DNA of 64,000 nt from an uncultured Planctomycetota bacterium (GTDB taxonomy: Bacteria; Planctomycetota; Planctomycetia; Planctomycetales; Planctomycetaceae), in NCBI GenBank assembly GCA_963761455.1, contig CAVXHA010000003.1, positions 958,036 through 1,022,035 of the forward strand. The letters run 5' to 3'. Positions within the stretch are counted from its first letter, which is position 1. Each line of letters begins with the position of its first letter. The notes beneath the pieces were generated by a model that worked only from the letters and a program-made list of their open reading frames with translations, had not been told where the DNA came from and searched no databases. Of the stretch, positions 1 through 10,656 are shown one piece after another. A program made the translations under genes and the position numbers.

Positions 1-1
1 T

Positions 2-611
2 CTGACCCAGCTCGAGGCCGACTGGAAACGGATGCAGCAACTGCGAAGCAACAACGTGGCGACGGCCGCCGACTACGACTCGACGCGGAGCAAGTATTGG
101 GCGATGATGCGGCAGGTCGAGCGGCTGCGGTTCGCCTATTCAACCTGATGGTGATCGGCGCCCGCAAAGAAAAAATCGACGGCGGCCCGCGCCGACGTCC
201 GAGACCGCCGAGTCGAACGTCGAAAAGGCGAAATGGAAGCTCGACAACTGCAAAATCCGCTCCCCGGTGACAGGCACGATTTTGAAGAAGAACGCCGAAG
301 AGGGAAACCTCGTCAACGCGATCGCCTTTTCGGGATCGGTGAGCCTGTGCGAATTGGCCGACCTGTCCGATCTGGAAGTCGATCTCACCGTGCAGGAGCG
401 GGACATCTCCCGCGTCTTCAAGGGACAGAAGTGCAAGGTGCGGGCGGAGGCGTATCCCGATCGCGTCTACGAGGGGGTCGTCTCGCGGCTCATGCCGATT
501 GCCGACCGCTCGAAGGGGGCCATTCCGGTCCGCGTGAAGCTGACCGTGCCCCGCGAGGAAGAGGGGGTCTACCTCAAGCCGGAAATGGGGGCCATCGTCA
601 CCTTCTACTAA
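2..611 (+). CDS. HlyD/MacA-family periplasmic adaptor (membrane fusion protein), C-terminal part. The 5' end lies outside the window. Two apparent frame switches near 147 and 185.
   Basis: Stitched frames read LTQLEADWKRMQQLRSNNVATAADYDSTRSKY.. then ..KIDAARADVRETAESNVEKAKWKLDNCKIRSPVTGTILKKNAEEGNLVN..IPVRVKLTVP..GAIVTFY*. This is a coiled-coil segment followed by the I-x-SPV-x-G-x-I beta-barrel motif typical of MFPs. It sits directly upstream of a MacB-like ATPase and FtsX permeases. Confidence 0.75.
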
Positions 612-640
612 GGCGGACGCAGTGACTCGCTGGAATGCGT

Positions 641-661
641 GGGCAAGCTGCCAGCTTGCCC
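641..661. repeat. Perfect 10+1+10 palindrome GGGCAAGCTG-c-CAGCTTGCCC between the adaptor and ATPase genes
   Basis: Read directly: 641-650 is the exact reverse complement of 652-661. It lies between the stop at 611 and the likely ATPase start. Confidence 0.8.
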
Positions 662-680
662 GAGCGGCTCCCGTGATTTA

Positions 681-1426
681 GTGACAAGGCTGATCAATGC
701 CGGCCGATTTGGCGGTGAGGCTGCATCGACATTCACCGCTTACTTTCAGCGCGGCAGCGAGCGTCTCGACGTGCTGCACGGCCTGACGCTCGAAGTCCCG
801 AACGGCGAGTTCCTGGCCCTGATGGGGCCCAGCGGCTCGGGAAAGACGACCCTGCTCAACCTGATCGCCGGCCTCGACAAGCCGAGCCGCGGCGAGGTTT
901 GGGTCGGCGACGACCGCATCTCCGATTATCCCGAATCGCGGCTCACCCGCTGGCGGACGCGGAACATCGGATTCATCTTCCAGTTCTATCATCTGCTTCC
1001 CGTGCTGACGGCCTACGAGAACGTCGAGCTCCCCCTGCTCTTGTTGCCCGCTTTCCGCCGCGGCAGCGGCGGGAACGGATCACGACGGCCCTCGATATCG
1101 TCGGCCTCAGCCATCGCATGTCCCATCGGCCGGGGCAGATGTCGGGCGGCGAGCAGCAGCGGGTCGGCATCGCCCGGGCGATCGTCACCGATCCCAAGCT
1201 GATCATCGCCGACGAGCCGACCGGCGACCTCGATGCCCGCTCGGCCCAGGAAATCCTCAACCTGATGAAAGAACTCAAGGAATCGCTGACCAAGTCGATC
1301 GTGATGGTGACGCACGATCCGCGGGCGGCCCGCCAGGCCGACCGCATGCAGTTTCTCGACAAGGGGGGCCTCGTCGACAAGCCGCCCGACAGCTTCCTGC
1401 TCGATCCGCACGAAGCGGTCGCCTGA
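681..1426 (+). CDS. ABC transporter ATP-binding protein, MacB/LolD type. One apparent frameshift near 1040-1075. Start uncertain (GTG 681, or ATG 697 in another frame).
   Basis: Walker A GPSGSGKTTLLN, Q-loop FIFQFYHLLP, signature MSGGEQQRVGIARA, Walker B LIIADEPTGDLD, H-loop VMVTHD. The N- and C-terminal halves are in different frames (ORFs 639..1202 and 899..1426). Confidence 0.85.
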
Positions 1427-1458
1427 CGCGGACGCACCTCCGCTCGCAAGGTCCTTCC

Positions 1459-2716
1459 GTGAAGTTCCTGCTCCTCATTCTCAAGAACGTGCGCCGCAAC
1501 GCGGTCCGCTCGATCTTGACGGCCGTCGGCACGATGGTGCTCGTCTTCGTGGTGACGTTGGTCTGGTCGATCCTTGATTTTCTCGACAAGGTGACGGCCG
1601 AAAAATCCGATAACCTCAAGGCCATCGTGACCGAACGCTGGCAGATTCCCAGCCAGATGCCCTTCGCCTACGCCGACAGCCTCGGCGACGGGGCCGCCCG
1701 GCACCCGAACGACATCCACCCGCTCGACTCGATGAGCTGGCAGTTCTACGGCGGCACGATCGACCCGGCCAAGACGGACGATCGAGAACATCCTCTTCGC
1801 CTTCGCCATGGAGCCGGACAAGGTCGGCACGATGCTCGACGAGCTCGAGCTGAACGAACTTGCCCTCCGACAAGGCCGACAACCTCCGCCAGTCGATCGC
1901 TCGGCTCAAGGAGAAACGCAACGGCATCATCCTGGGCCGCGAGAAGCTCGCCCAGATTCATAAACGCGTGGGCGATCGCTTCACCGTCACCGGCCTCAAC
2001 TACAAGGACATCGACCTCGAGTTCGAGGTCGTCGGCGTCTTTCCGGACGGCCGCTACGACAAAAGCGCCGTCATGAATCGCGACTATTTGAACGCGGCTC
2101 TCGACGCCTATCCGCGGTCGCACGCGGGCCAGAAACATCCGCTGGCCGACAAGTCGCTCAATCTGGTCTGGCTCCGCGTTCCCGACATGCAGGCCTTCAA
2201 CACGGTGCAGGAGCAGATCAGCCAGTCGCCGCTCTACACGTCGCCGGCCGTCAAGTGCGAAACGGCCTCTTCGGGCATCGCCACGTTTCTCGAAGCGTAC
2301 CGCGACCTGATCTGGGGCATGCGGTGGCTGCTCGCGCCGGCCATTCTGCTCACGCTGTCGCTGGTGATCGCCAACGCCATCAGCATCAGCGTCCGCGAGC
2401 GGCGGTTGGAGTTCGCCGTGCTCCGCGTGCTCGGTTTCCGGCCGCTGCAAGTCCTGGCCCTCGTCGTGGGTGAGGCGGTGTTGTTGGGTGCGGGCTCGGG
2501 GCTCGATCTCGACGGTTGCGACTTACACGTTGATCAACAAGGTGATCGGCGGAGTCAATTTCCCGATCGCCTTTTTCGGCGCGTTCTTCATTCCGGTTCA
2601 GGCGATTTGGTGGGGGCTTGGGATCGGCCTGTCGACGGCCCTCGCCGGCAGCGTCGTCCCCGCGTTGGCCGCCAGCTCGCATCCGCGTGACGGAGGCCTT
2701 TTCCAAAGTCGCCTGA
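1459..2716 (+). CDS. FtsX/MacB-type ABC permease 1. At least 3 apparent frameshifts (about 1780-1860, 2500, 2680).
   Basis: N-terminal TM MKFLLLILKNVRRNAVRSILTAVGTMVLVFVV, a periplasmic domain, then an FtsX-like C-terminal 3-TM bundle (LLAPAILLTLSLVIANAISISVRERRLEFAVLRVLGFRP..LGIGLSTALAGSVVPALAAS..RIRVTEAFSKVA*). Stitched from ORFs 1459, 1860 and 2470. Confidence 0.8.
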
Positions 2717-2827
2717 TCGACAATGGCACCAATCCATCCTGCTTGCTGGCCGCCAACTCGTCCGTCGCCGATCTGGATCGCCAGGCGCCGTGGCGCTGGT
2801 GCTTGTGGGCGGGTCCTGTTCGCGGGC

Positions 2828-4125
2828 GTGAAGGTTCCCCTGAGCTATCTCGTCCGCAATCTGACGGTCCGCTGGCGGACGACCCTCATGACCGCGCTCG
2901 CCTTTGTGATGGTGATTTCGCTGCTGACGGTGATGATGGCCTTCGTCAACGGCATGTACCGCCTCACGCAGGCCAGCGGCCAGCCCGGCAACGTGATGGT
3001 GATGGCCGACGGCGCAACCGACGAATCGTTCAGCAACCTCGATCTCCCCCGACATGGCCGATATCGAGAACCAGCCCGGCGATGCTGCGGGAAAATGGCC
3101 ATCCCCTCTGCAGCCGCGAGACGTACGTCGTCGTCACGCAGCCGATCGAGAACCCCGTCCCCGGCCGCCCGACGCGTCGCTTCCTGCAGGTTCGCGGGGT
3201 CTGGACGACTCGGCCATGGCCGGCCGCGTGCATGGGCTGGAGCTTTATCCCGGCGGATGCTGGCTTTCCGAGGCGGGCGTGCGCGAGTCGGTGTCCAATG
3301 ACGCGGCGCCGGCCGGCCGACGAGTTTCCTGCCCAGCCGCTCATCGAAGCCGTTTTGGGCGAAGGGGTGGCCCACGTGCTGGCCGGCGACAACAAGCAGC
3401 GATCGGGATCCGCCCCGGCCCCCGAACGGCTCGACGTCGGCGACAGTTTTCGCTTGGGCGATCGCCGATGGCTCGTCGTCGGCGTCCTCAAGTCGGCCGG
3501 CTCGACGTTCGATTCCGAAATCTGGGCCAAGCGAGAGCATGATCGGCCCGATGTTCGGCAAAGACACCTATTCGTCCCTCGTCCTGCGGACGGCCGGCCC
3601 GGTCGAGGCCCAGCCGCCTCAAGGACTTCTTCAATTCCGGATACAAAAAGGCCGCCGTCCTCGCGCAGGTCGAGACCGACTATTTCGACAACCTGTCGGG
3701 GACCAATCGCCAGTTCTTCTTCGCCATCGGCTTCGTCACGGTCGTGATGGCCGTCGGCGGCGTGATGGGCGTGATGAACACGATGTTCGCCGCCGTCAGC
3801 AACCGCGTGAAAGACATCGGCGTCTTGCGGCTGATGGGTTACAGCCGCTCGCAAATCATGCTGGCGTTTCTTTGGAATCGCTCTTGATCGCGATGGTGGG
3901 CGGGGCGATCGGCTGTGCGCTCGGCTCGCTCGTCGACGGCTGGCAGGCCAGCAGCATCGTCAGCGGCGGCGCGGGAGGCGGCAAAGTTCGTCGTGCTGCG
4001 GCTGTCGGTCGACTTGCAAACGCTGCTCTTGGGCTTCGTCCTCGCCCTGGCGATGGGCGCTGCTTGGCGGCTTCATCCCTGCCTTCTCGGCGGTCCGCCT
4101 CAAACCGCTGGAAGCGCTGCGATAG
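2828..4125 (+). CDS. FtsX/MacB-type ABC permease 2. Many apparent frameshifts.
   Basis: VKVPLSYLVRNLTVRWRTTLMTALAFVMVISLLTVMMAFVNG.., ..RWLVVGVLKSAGSTFDSEIWAK.., ..QFFFAIGFVTVVMAVGGVMGVMNTMFAAVSNRVKDIGVLRLMGYSRSQI.., ending GFIPAFSAVRLKPLEALR* (stop 4123-4125). The pieces are spread over all three plus frames. Confidence 0.75.
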
Positions 4126-5535
4126 TCTGGATGGGAGGCCGGCCACAAAGCCGGCCTTGTCCTGCGCGATGGATCGGCGACCTCTCGGGCCTTTTGCCAC
4201 GGCGTCGCGCCGGCGGCCTGGATGTGCCGCTGAAGCACTTGCGACAGTTCATCGAGTTTCTTTCGCTTCCGATCGGCAAGGTCGTGGGTTTCACCGGGGT
4301 CGTCGCGAAGGTTGAAGAGCTCCAGCGGTCTAAACGGGCTGTTGTGCACGAGCTTCCAGTCTCCGTCGATGACGGCGTCGATCGATTTACCAAGAAACGG
4401 CGCCCCCCGTCTCGGCGCATGAAGAAAAGTGCGCGCGCCACGGTCTGACGCTTGCCGAGCAGCGTCGGCAGCATGCTGACACCGTCGATATTCTTGGAGC
4501 GCGCGATGCCCGCGGCCTCCAACACGGTGGGAAAGAGATCCATCGTGACGGCCGCTAGATCGGCCGACGAATTTGCCGCGATGCGCTCCGGCCAGCGCGC
4601 GGCAAACGGAACCCGCAGCCCCCCCTCGTACATGCTCCCCTTCCCGTCGCGAAACGGACCGTTCGTGCGCCGAAGGAGATCGGCCCGCCGTTGTCCGACG
4701 TGAAGATTACGAGCGTGTCGCGTTCCAATCCGGCGACGGCCAGCGCGTCCGCCACCCGGCCCACGCCGGCGTCCAGATGCTCGACCAACGCTGCGCGGCG
4801 GGCCTGGATCTCCGGAAGATTCGGCGGACGCTGGCGAACGCGACGCAGCCATTCTTCCGGCGGCTGGATCGGAGCGTGTGGCGCGTTATACGCAAGGAGA
4901 AGAAAGAACGGCGCGTGCTCTTGCTGCCGAGTGCGGAGGAATTCGATCGCCCAATCGGTGAAGAGGTCGGTCGCGTGGCCCGTCGGTTCGATCTTCTCCG
5001 CATTGTGCCGCATGTAATTGATGCCATGACGCAGATGCGTGTGGTAATCGTCCATCATGTCGCCAAGAAAGCCGCGAAACAGATCGAAGCCGCGCTCCGT
5101 CGGGACGTTCGGCGGCGCAAGACCCAAGTGCCATTTGCCCACCAGGGCGGTCGTAAAGCCGGCCGGTCTGAGCACGGCCGGGAGCAGAACGGCGTCGTGC
5201 GCGAGCTCGCCCCAATTGTCCTGCGGATGAGTGCGGATCACACCGGGCACGCCCACGCAATCCGGATATCGGCCGGTGAGCAGCGCGGCCCGCGTCGGCG
5301 AGCAGACCGACGAATTCGTGCGGAACCGTGTCAGCGAGATGCCTTCGCGGAAAATGCGGTCGATGTTCGGCGTCCGCACGCCCTTCCCGCCGCAGCACGA
5401 CAAATCCCCGTGGCTGAGATCATCGGCCAGAATGATCAGCACGTTTGGACGGGCCTGCCCCTCGCCGAGAAGCCGCGACGAGCCTGACAATAGCGCCATT
5501 CCGACGAACAAAATGAAAACAGCACGCGGAGTCAT
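4100..5535 (-). CDS. Cys-type sulfatase (arylsulfatase A family) with signal peptide. About 3 apparent frameshifts. 3' end uncertain.
   Basis: Signal-like MTPRAVFILFVGMALLSGSS, metal site NVLIILADDLSHGDL, formylglycine motif SSVCSPTRAALLTGR, then GKWHLG, FTSDNGGP, FRDGKGSMYEGGLRVPF, and the C-terminal ELFNLRDDPGETHDLA tail. Stitched from ORFs 4555..5535, 4100..4852 and 3960..4349. Confidence 0.85.
4136..4157. terminator. GC-rich hairpin (8 bp stem AGGCCGGC/GCCGGCCT, 6 nt loop) at the convergent junction of permease 2 and the sulfatase. No U-tract.
   Basis: Read directly. It lies between or overlapping two convergent gene ends. No T-run on either strand, so a terminator function is only suggestive. 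Confidence 0.35.
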
Positions 5536-5559
5536 TCTGCGCCGATTCTAACGCGGTCC

Positions 5560-7656
5560 TCAAGCTGCCGCACCGCTTCCGACATTCCGCGCTCGGGCTC
5601 TCTCCCGGTTCAAAACGTGGCTTTGCCAGCTCTGACCGGATCGTCCGCGCGCTCCTGGCACCGAAGATCCGCCTCCTGTGCGTGCGGCGCGGCAGATGCG
5701 TCGTGCGCGCCGAAGGGGCACGTACTGGCGGATGTGATCGAGAAGGGCGTTGAAGTCGAGTGGCTTGGTCAGATAGGCGTCGACGCCCATCCCGAACATT
5801 TGCCGCCGCACACCGGGCGTGTTCACGCCGGTGAGCATCAGCACAGGGACCTTTTCCGTCAGGGGATGCGACCGCAGCCGGCCGAAGATATAGTTCCCAG
5901 CCCCGTCGGGCATCACCATGTCGAGGATGATCATGTCGGGACGCATGTCGAGCGCCGTCCAGTAGCCCTGCATTCCGTTGAAGGCGCGAAGCACGTCCAC
6001 ACCTAAGGACTCCAGGCGGAGCTTCAGAATCTTGGAGATGTCCGGATCGTCGTCGATGCACAGGATTCTGGGACGGCGGTTCTCGGCACTCATCTCGGAC
6101 GGGGCCATCGGCGAATGTTCGCTCGCCGCTGGGGGCGCGGGGAGTCCAAGCGACCGTCGGATCAGGGGTTCCAACCGCTCCCAAAGGCCGGCTCCTTTGG
6201 CGAGAAACTGGGCGCGGAGGACCTGGCACCGTCGCGGGATTGCCTCGTTCGAATCGCCCGTCATGATGATGACCGGAATCTTGGCAAGCGCCTCGTCGCC
6301 GCCGAGCATCTCACAGATCGACAGGCCGTTGCCGCCGGGCATGTTGACGTCGAGGACGACCAGATTGGGCCGGATGCGATGCACTCCCAAGAGCGCGTGC
6401 ATCGCGTCGGGCGAGCGAAACACCTGGAGACCCATTTGAGAGCAGCGAAGGGAGAGCATCTGCACGAGATCGCCGTCATCGTCTGCAATGAGCACGGTCT
6501 GTTCGGTCTGGGCGTCTGGTTTCTTGGGCATTGGAGTATCTTCCCTCTGTTCGGTTCGGGCGGGGTGAGCCGCAATTACCTTTCCGATTGTCGTTAAGGC
6601 CTTGTCGAGTTCGGCCCTCCGAGCGGGGGGCGCCGGGCCGGCTTGACGCGGCTCGTGTTCGTCGGTAGCCGTCGTGGGGACCGCCGTCGGGTCCGCAGGT
6701 TCACTCTCCGCGAGGTCGACCCGAGTCATCCGGGCCGACGGTGCGACGACCGGATTATCTTCGCCGGCGGCAATGGTCCGGCCCACCACACGGCCAACGA
6801 CTTGCGTGAGATGACGCCAAACACTCTCCGACTCTGCCGGACCTTCGAGCGGGGGGGTCGCTCTCGTGGGAGCCATTGTTTCCTGTTCCGAATCGGACCG
6901 CGCGTCGCGATCATCAAACGAAAGTTCAACGGGCCGCTGCGGTCCGGGCGATAGCGGCGAGGGCAAAGAATGCGACGCATTCATCGCCGCGTCCACCTGA
7001 CCGTCGGCGACGAGGGTGATAAGAGTTTCGGAAGGGGAATCCTCCGCAACCTGTGCCGGCGGAGCGAATGGGACCGCTTTGGAATCGGTTTGCCCTGCGG
7101 GCGTTGGCGGCTCGCTGGGGCGCTCGGCCGCAGCGGGTCGTTGGGCAGGATCAAGCAGCTCGTTCAGCAGCGGCTCGAGGCGGGTCCAAATGTCCGGGCA
7201 TTTTTCGACATAGTAAGCGCACATCGCGTGACAGCGGCAGATCGTATCGGGGTCGGTTCGACCGGTGAGAACGACGATCGGCATCCCGCCGTACGTCTCG
7301 TCGGTCGAAAGCATCTCGCACACGCTGAGACCGTTGCCCGCCGGCATCTGCACGTCGAGACAAATCACATCGGGCCGCCCGGCCCGGACGAGCGCCAAGG
7401 CCGTAAAGGCGTCGTGGGCCGCGAGCACCTTCAGCCCCATCCGGCGGCAGCGCACGCTCAAGAGATTCACCAGGTCGCGGTCGTCGTCCGCAATCAAGAC
7501 CGTCCTGGCGTCCTGTCTGCGGCACGATTGTGGAAGAGTGGCACTAGCGACGTGGCTGGTTATCATTTCCGCGGCCGCGGCTGACTCCACCAGCATCAAG
7601 CTGCCAGCGCCGCCCATTTCTATTTGGCTCCTGCTATTCACAAGCGTTCTCCGCAA
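5560..7656 (-). CDS. Response-regulator protein with three receiver (REC) domains and no recognisable output domain
   Basis: Uninterrupted 698 aa ORF. Three REC units: VLIADDDRDLV..VICLDVQMPAGNG..IVVLTGR; VLIADDDGDLV..LVVLDVNMPGGNG..VIIMTGD; ILCIDDDPDIS..MIILDMVMPDGAG..VLMLTG..AYLTKP. They are separated by Pro/Ala/Glu-rich linkers. Alternative starts are at 7617, 7596 and 7566. The Arg-rich C-terminal tail may be read-through. Confidence 0.85.
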   Translation of the reverse strand: MRRTLVNSRSQIEMGGAGSLMLVESAAAAEMITSHVASATLPQSCRRQDARTVLIADDDRDLVNLLSVRCRRMGLKVLAAHDAFTALALVRAGRPDVICLDVQMPAGNGLSVCEMLSTDETYGGMPIVVLTGRTDPDTICRCHAMCAYYVEKCPDIWTRLEPLLNELLDPAQRPAAAERPSEPPTPAGQTDSKAVPFAPPAQVAEDSPSETLITLVADGQVDAAMNASHSLPSPLSPGPQRPVELSFDDRDARSDSEQETMAPTRATPPLEGPAESESVWRHLTQVVGRVVGRTIAAGEDNPVVAPSARMTRVDLAESEPADPTAVPTTATDEHEPRQAGPAPPARRAELDKALTTIGKVIAAHPARTEQREDTPMPKKPDAQTEQTVLIADDDGDLVQMLSLRCSQMGLQVFRSPDAMHALLGVHRIRPNLVVLDVNMPGGNGLSICEMLGGDEALAKIPVIIMTGDSNEAIPRRCQVLRAQFLAKGAGLWERLEPLIRRSLGLPAPPAASEHSPMAPSEMSAENRRPRILCIDDDPDISKILKLRLESLGVDVLRAFNGMQGYWTALDMRPDMIILDMVMPDGAGNYIFGRLRSHPLTEKVPVLMLTGVNTPGVRRQMFGMGVDAYLTKPLDFNALLDHIRQYVPLRRARRICRAARTGGGSSVPGARGRSGQSWQSHVLNRERARARNVGSGAAA

Positions 7657-8014
7657 TCACCTTTCCGATGGCCGTCAACAACGTCGTTGGCTGGTACGGT
7701 TTTGTCAAAAAGTAGCGGGCTCCCGCGTCGAGGGCCGCCTGTTGGTCCACGAGGCTGGCCGAAAGCATGACGATGGGAATGTTTCGGGTCTGTTGGTCGT
7801 GCTGCAGCTTGTCGAGGGCGGTCAGGCCGTTCATCCGCGGCATGCGCACATCGAGCACGATGGCTGCGGGATGCCGCCGTCGGGCGACATCGATCCCTTC
7901 GTGGCCGTCGTGTGCGAGCAACGTTTCATAACCGGCCGACCGCAGTCGCAAACTGGCTCCAAAGGCCAGGTCGCGGTCGTCCTCGACCAACAGCACGGCA
8001 TTTTGTTTCGTCAT
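7634..8014 (-). CDS. Single-domain CheY-like response regulator
   Basis: 126 aa intact ORF: VLLVEDDRDLA..IVLDVRMPRMNG..IVMLSAS..YFLTKP. Confidence 0.9.
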   Translation of the reverse strand: MTKQNAVLLVEDDRDLAFGASLRLRSAGYETLLAHDGHEGIDVARRRHPAAIVLDVRMPRMNGLTALDKLQHDQQTRNIPIVMLSASLVDQQAALDAGARYFLTKPYQPTTLLTAIGKVIAENACE

Positions 8015-8069
8015 CGTGTACCTCGACCTGGAGAAAGGCGACTGGAGAATGGCGTGGAACGACCCGCGC

Positions 8070-9646
8070 TCAACAAGGGCTGGCCACAGGAGTGCGGATG
8101 CTCCGCGCGACCGCGTTGAGAAACCCCGCGAGGCCCTCGGAGACGAGCCACGTTCCCATCGGTTTCATCACGACGGGCGGGAGCGGTTCGCCGGGACGGT
8201 TGCGGTTGATCTTTAGCCGCGATTCTTCGGCCCGGCGAAAGAGGAGTTCCAGTTCGGACTGCTCGCAGGGGACAGCCAGAAGCCACAGGTTCTCGTCGGA
8301 GCGGAAGATCAAGTCGTGCCGCCGCAGGAGCGTGTTGAGAAACGTGTTGACGTCCTCGGCCAGCGAGGCGTCGGCCGGCTCAGCGGTCGTGACCGTCAGC
8401 AGCGACACGGCCGACGGCCCGTTTTGGAATTGCTCGATCCGCTTCACGTACCGCGACATGACTTCCTTCGGGTCGGCAATGGGCAGGCTGAACCAGAAGG
8501 TGCTGCCCCCGCCGACGGCGCTTTTCAAGTCGATCTCGCCCAGATTGAGATGCACGAGTTCCTTGGCGATGTTGAGTCCCAGGCCGAAACCGTTGGTGCT
8601 GCCGCGCGGGTTAGCCCCCACCTGCTTGAACCGCTGAAAGATGACGGCGAAGTTCTCCGGGCTGACGCCGTCGCCGTTGTCGGTGACGCCCACGAGGATG
8701 GCCCGCTCGTTTTCCTGGTATTCGGCCCAGACCTGGACCCGGCCCGGGCGGCCGCAGAACTTGATCGCGTTCACGGTCAGATTGATGACGACCCGTCCGA
8801 TTTTTTCATCGTCGCAATAGACGTCCGGCAGGTGCTCCGGGATATGGAATTTTAGCTCGACCTGCTTCACGATCGATTTGCGGATCAGGCTGGGCCGGAC
8901 GTGGTCGATAATGTCGGCGATGCGGCACTGCCTTCGCCACAGGCCGAGCATGCCCGCCTCCAGCCTGCTGACATCGAGCATGTCGTCGACCATGTTATTG
9001 AGGTCTTCGGCCCGGTCGCCGATCACGTCCAGCATCTGCTTCTGTTCGTCGTTGAGGGGCCCCACCACGCCGTCCCGCAAGAGCGACACGTATTCGTTGA
9101 CGACGGTCAGCGGCGTACGGAATTCGTGTGAGACGTTGTCGACGAAGCGGTGGGCCGTCTTGTACAACCGCGCCAGGCGGCGGTTCTTCTTGGCCATCGC
9201 GCGTTCATTGGCTTGAAGCTGGTCCAGGAGCTTGCGCATAGCCACGCTTTTCTGCCGCTGCACAGCGTACCGGATCGAACGTTCCAGGATCTCCGGAGTC
9301 ACGTGGTCTTTGACGAGATAGTCCTGCGCTCCATGGTCGAGCGAGGCCAGCGCCGTTTCATCGCTGGCCAGACCGGTCAGCACGACCATCGGCAAGTCGG
9401 CGCGCTCGACCGCAGTTGCCGCACGGCATCCAGCCCGTGGCCGTCCGGCAGCGAAAGGTCGGACAGTATGACGTCCCACGTGCCCGTGGAGGCGGCGTTT
9501 AGCCCCGCCGCCAGGTCCGACGCGACCCCCACGTCGAAGGCCGTCCGACCCTTGCTCAACGCCCGCTTGAGCAGAATGACGTCGCTCGGATTGTCTTCGA
9601 TCAATAGGACGCGGAACGTCTGGTCGCTCATCGGCTTGTTCCTCAT
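8070..9646 (-). CDS. Histidine kinase with N-terminal REC domain and an uncharacterised C-terminal domain of about 130 aa. One apparent frameshift near 9400-9440.
   Basis: REC: RVLLIEDNPSDV..VILSDLSLPDGHG..MVVLTGLA..DYLVKD. HisKA H-box: VSHEFRTPLT. HATPase N-box NLTVNAIKF, G1 DNGDGV, G2 GFGLGLNI. ORFs 9377..9688 and 8070..9479 overlap in different frames. Confidence 0.85.
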
Positions 9647-9900
9647 GGACTCGGACCCGGAATGGCAGCGCCGCCGAAGCGGACGCAATGAAAAGCTAGG
9701 TCAATGCGCCCGATTGTCTATAAAGGAATTACTTAGTGCCGCGAGCACTTCGGTGCCGCGATGAAAGTCTCGGATTTACCGACGGTTTCCGCCACGGGAT
9801 CGCTACGTGTGGATGGGAAGCGCTCGAGACGTTGTCGTCGACGAGGAAACACCGAAGAATGGTGCCGCGCGGCAAGACCAACGCTTGAAAGGTAAAAACG

Positions 9901-10296
9901 ATGCCCCCAACGATCGAATCGCAGCTTCTCGACCTGACTCGGCAACTGTTGACTGCGATCGCGGACAGGGACTGGAAGACCTACTCGCAGCTCTGCGATC
10001 CGTCGCTGACCTGTTTTGAGCCCGAGGCGGTCGGGCAGATGATTGAAGGAATGGACTTCCACAAGTTCTATTTCGACCTCCAAGGAGGGTCGGACCGGCG
10101 GAATACGACGCTTGCCGCGCCGCACGTGCGTCTGATGGGCCAAGACGCGGCCATCGTCAGCTATGTGCGTCTGCTCCAGAAATGCGACTCCGGGGCTGAG
10201 CCAGTTACGGCCGCCTTCGACGAAACACGGGTCTGGCAACGCATCCAGGGAGAATGGAAACACGTCCATTTCCACCGCTCCTCGGCGGCGCATTGA
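9901..10296 (+). CDS. NTF2/SnoaL-fold protein homologous to the CaMKII association (hub) domain
   Basis: 131 aa intact ORF. CDPSLTCFEPEAVGQMIEGMDFHKFYFD and ETRVWQRIQGEWKHVHFHRS are near-colinear with the animal CaMKII hub motifs [29 protein letters not shown] and [20 protein letters not shown] (recalled from memory). Confidence 0.8.
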   Translation: MPPTIESQLLDLTRQLLTAIADRDWKTYSQLCDPSLTCFEPEAVGQMIEGMDFHKFYFDLQGGSDRRNTTLAAPHVRLMGQDAAIVSYVRLLQKCDSGAEPVTAAFDETRVWQRIQGEWKHVHFHRSSAAH

Positions 10297-10656
10297 ATTC
10301 GGCCATTGCGCCTCCCTCCCCCTGGCAGACTCTTCGTGCTTTACGGGATCTGCGGCCGCACCTGTTTCCTCAGCGGCCGAAAACCGTGCGGACTGCGGAA
10401 AGCGTTCCGCGCGCGCCGTGAGTTTGCGGCGTCCATGTCGCGCCGGAGGCTTCGGTTGTGCTGCGACTTCGGGGCTGACCCCGTGTTTTCGTTATGCGCC
10501 GCGACCCGCCGCTAACAGATGATGCGCGCGTTTCCGCCGATACATGCAGAGCAACCGCTTCGACGGACTGGGAAGACGCCACGTTCCACGGATGGTCCCG
10601 GCCGGTGCCTTCTGAATTTCACGACATCCGACGCGCACCCGCAAGGACAATGGGAG

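Noticed and set aside
973-2450. Long minus-strand ORFs (973..1830, 285 aa; 1746..2450, 234 aa) antisense to the ABC ATPase and permease genes
   Set aside because: Their composition is Arg/Gly/Pro/Ala-rich, they have no motifs, and they fully shadow plus-strand genes that carry clear Walker and FtsX motifs. These are typical high-GC antisense ORFs.
9733-10293. 186 aa minus-strand ORF
   Set aside because: It is antisense to the CaMKII-hub-like gene, which has strong full-length similarity to a known domain.
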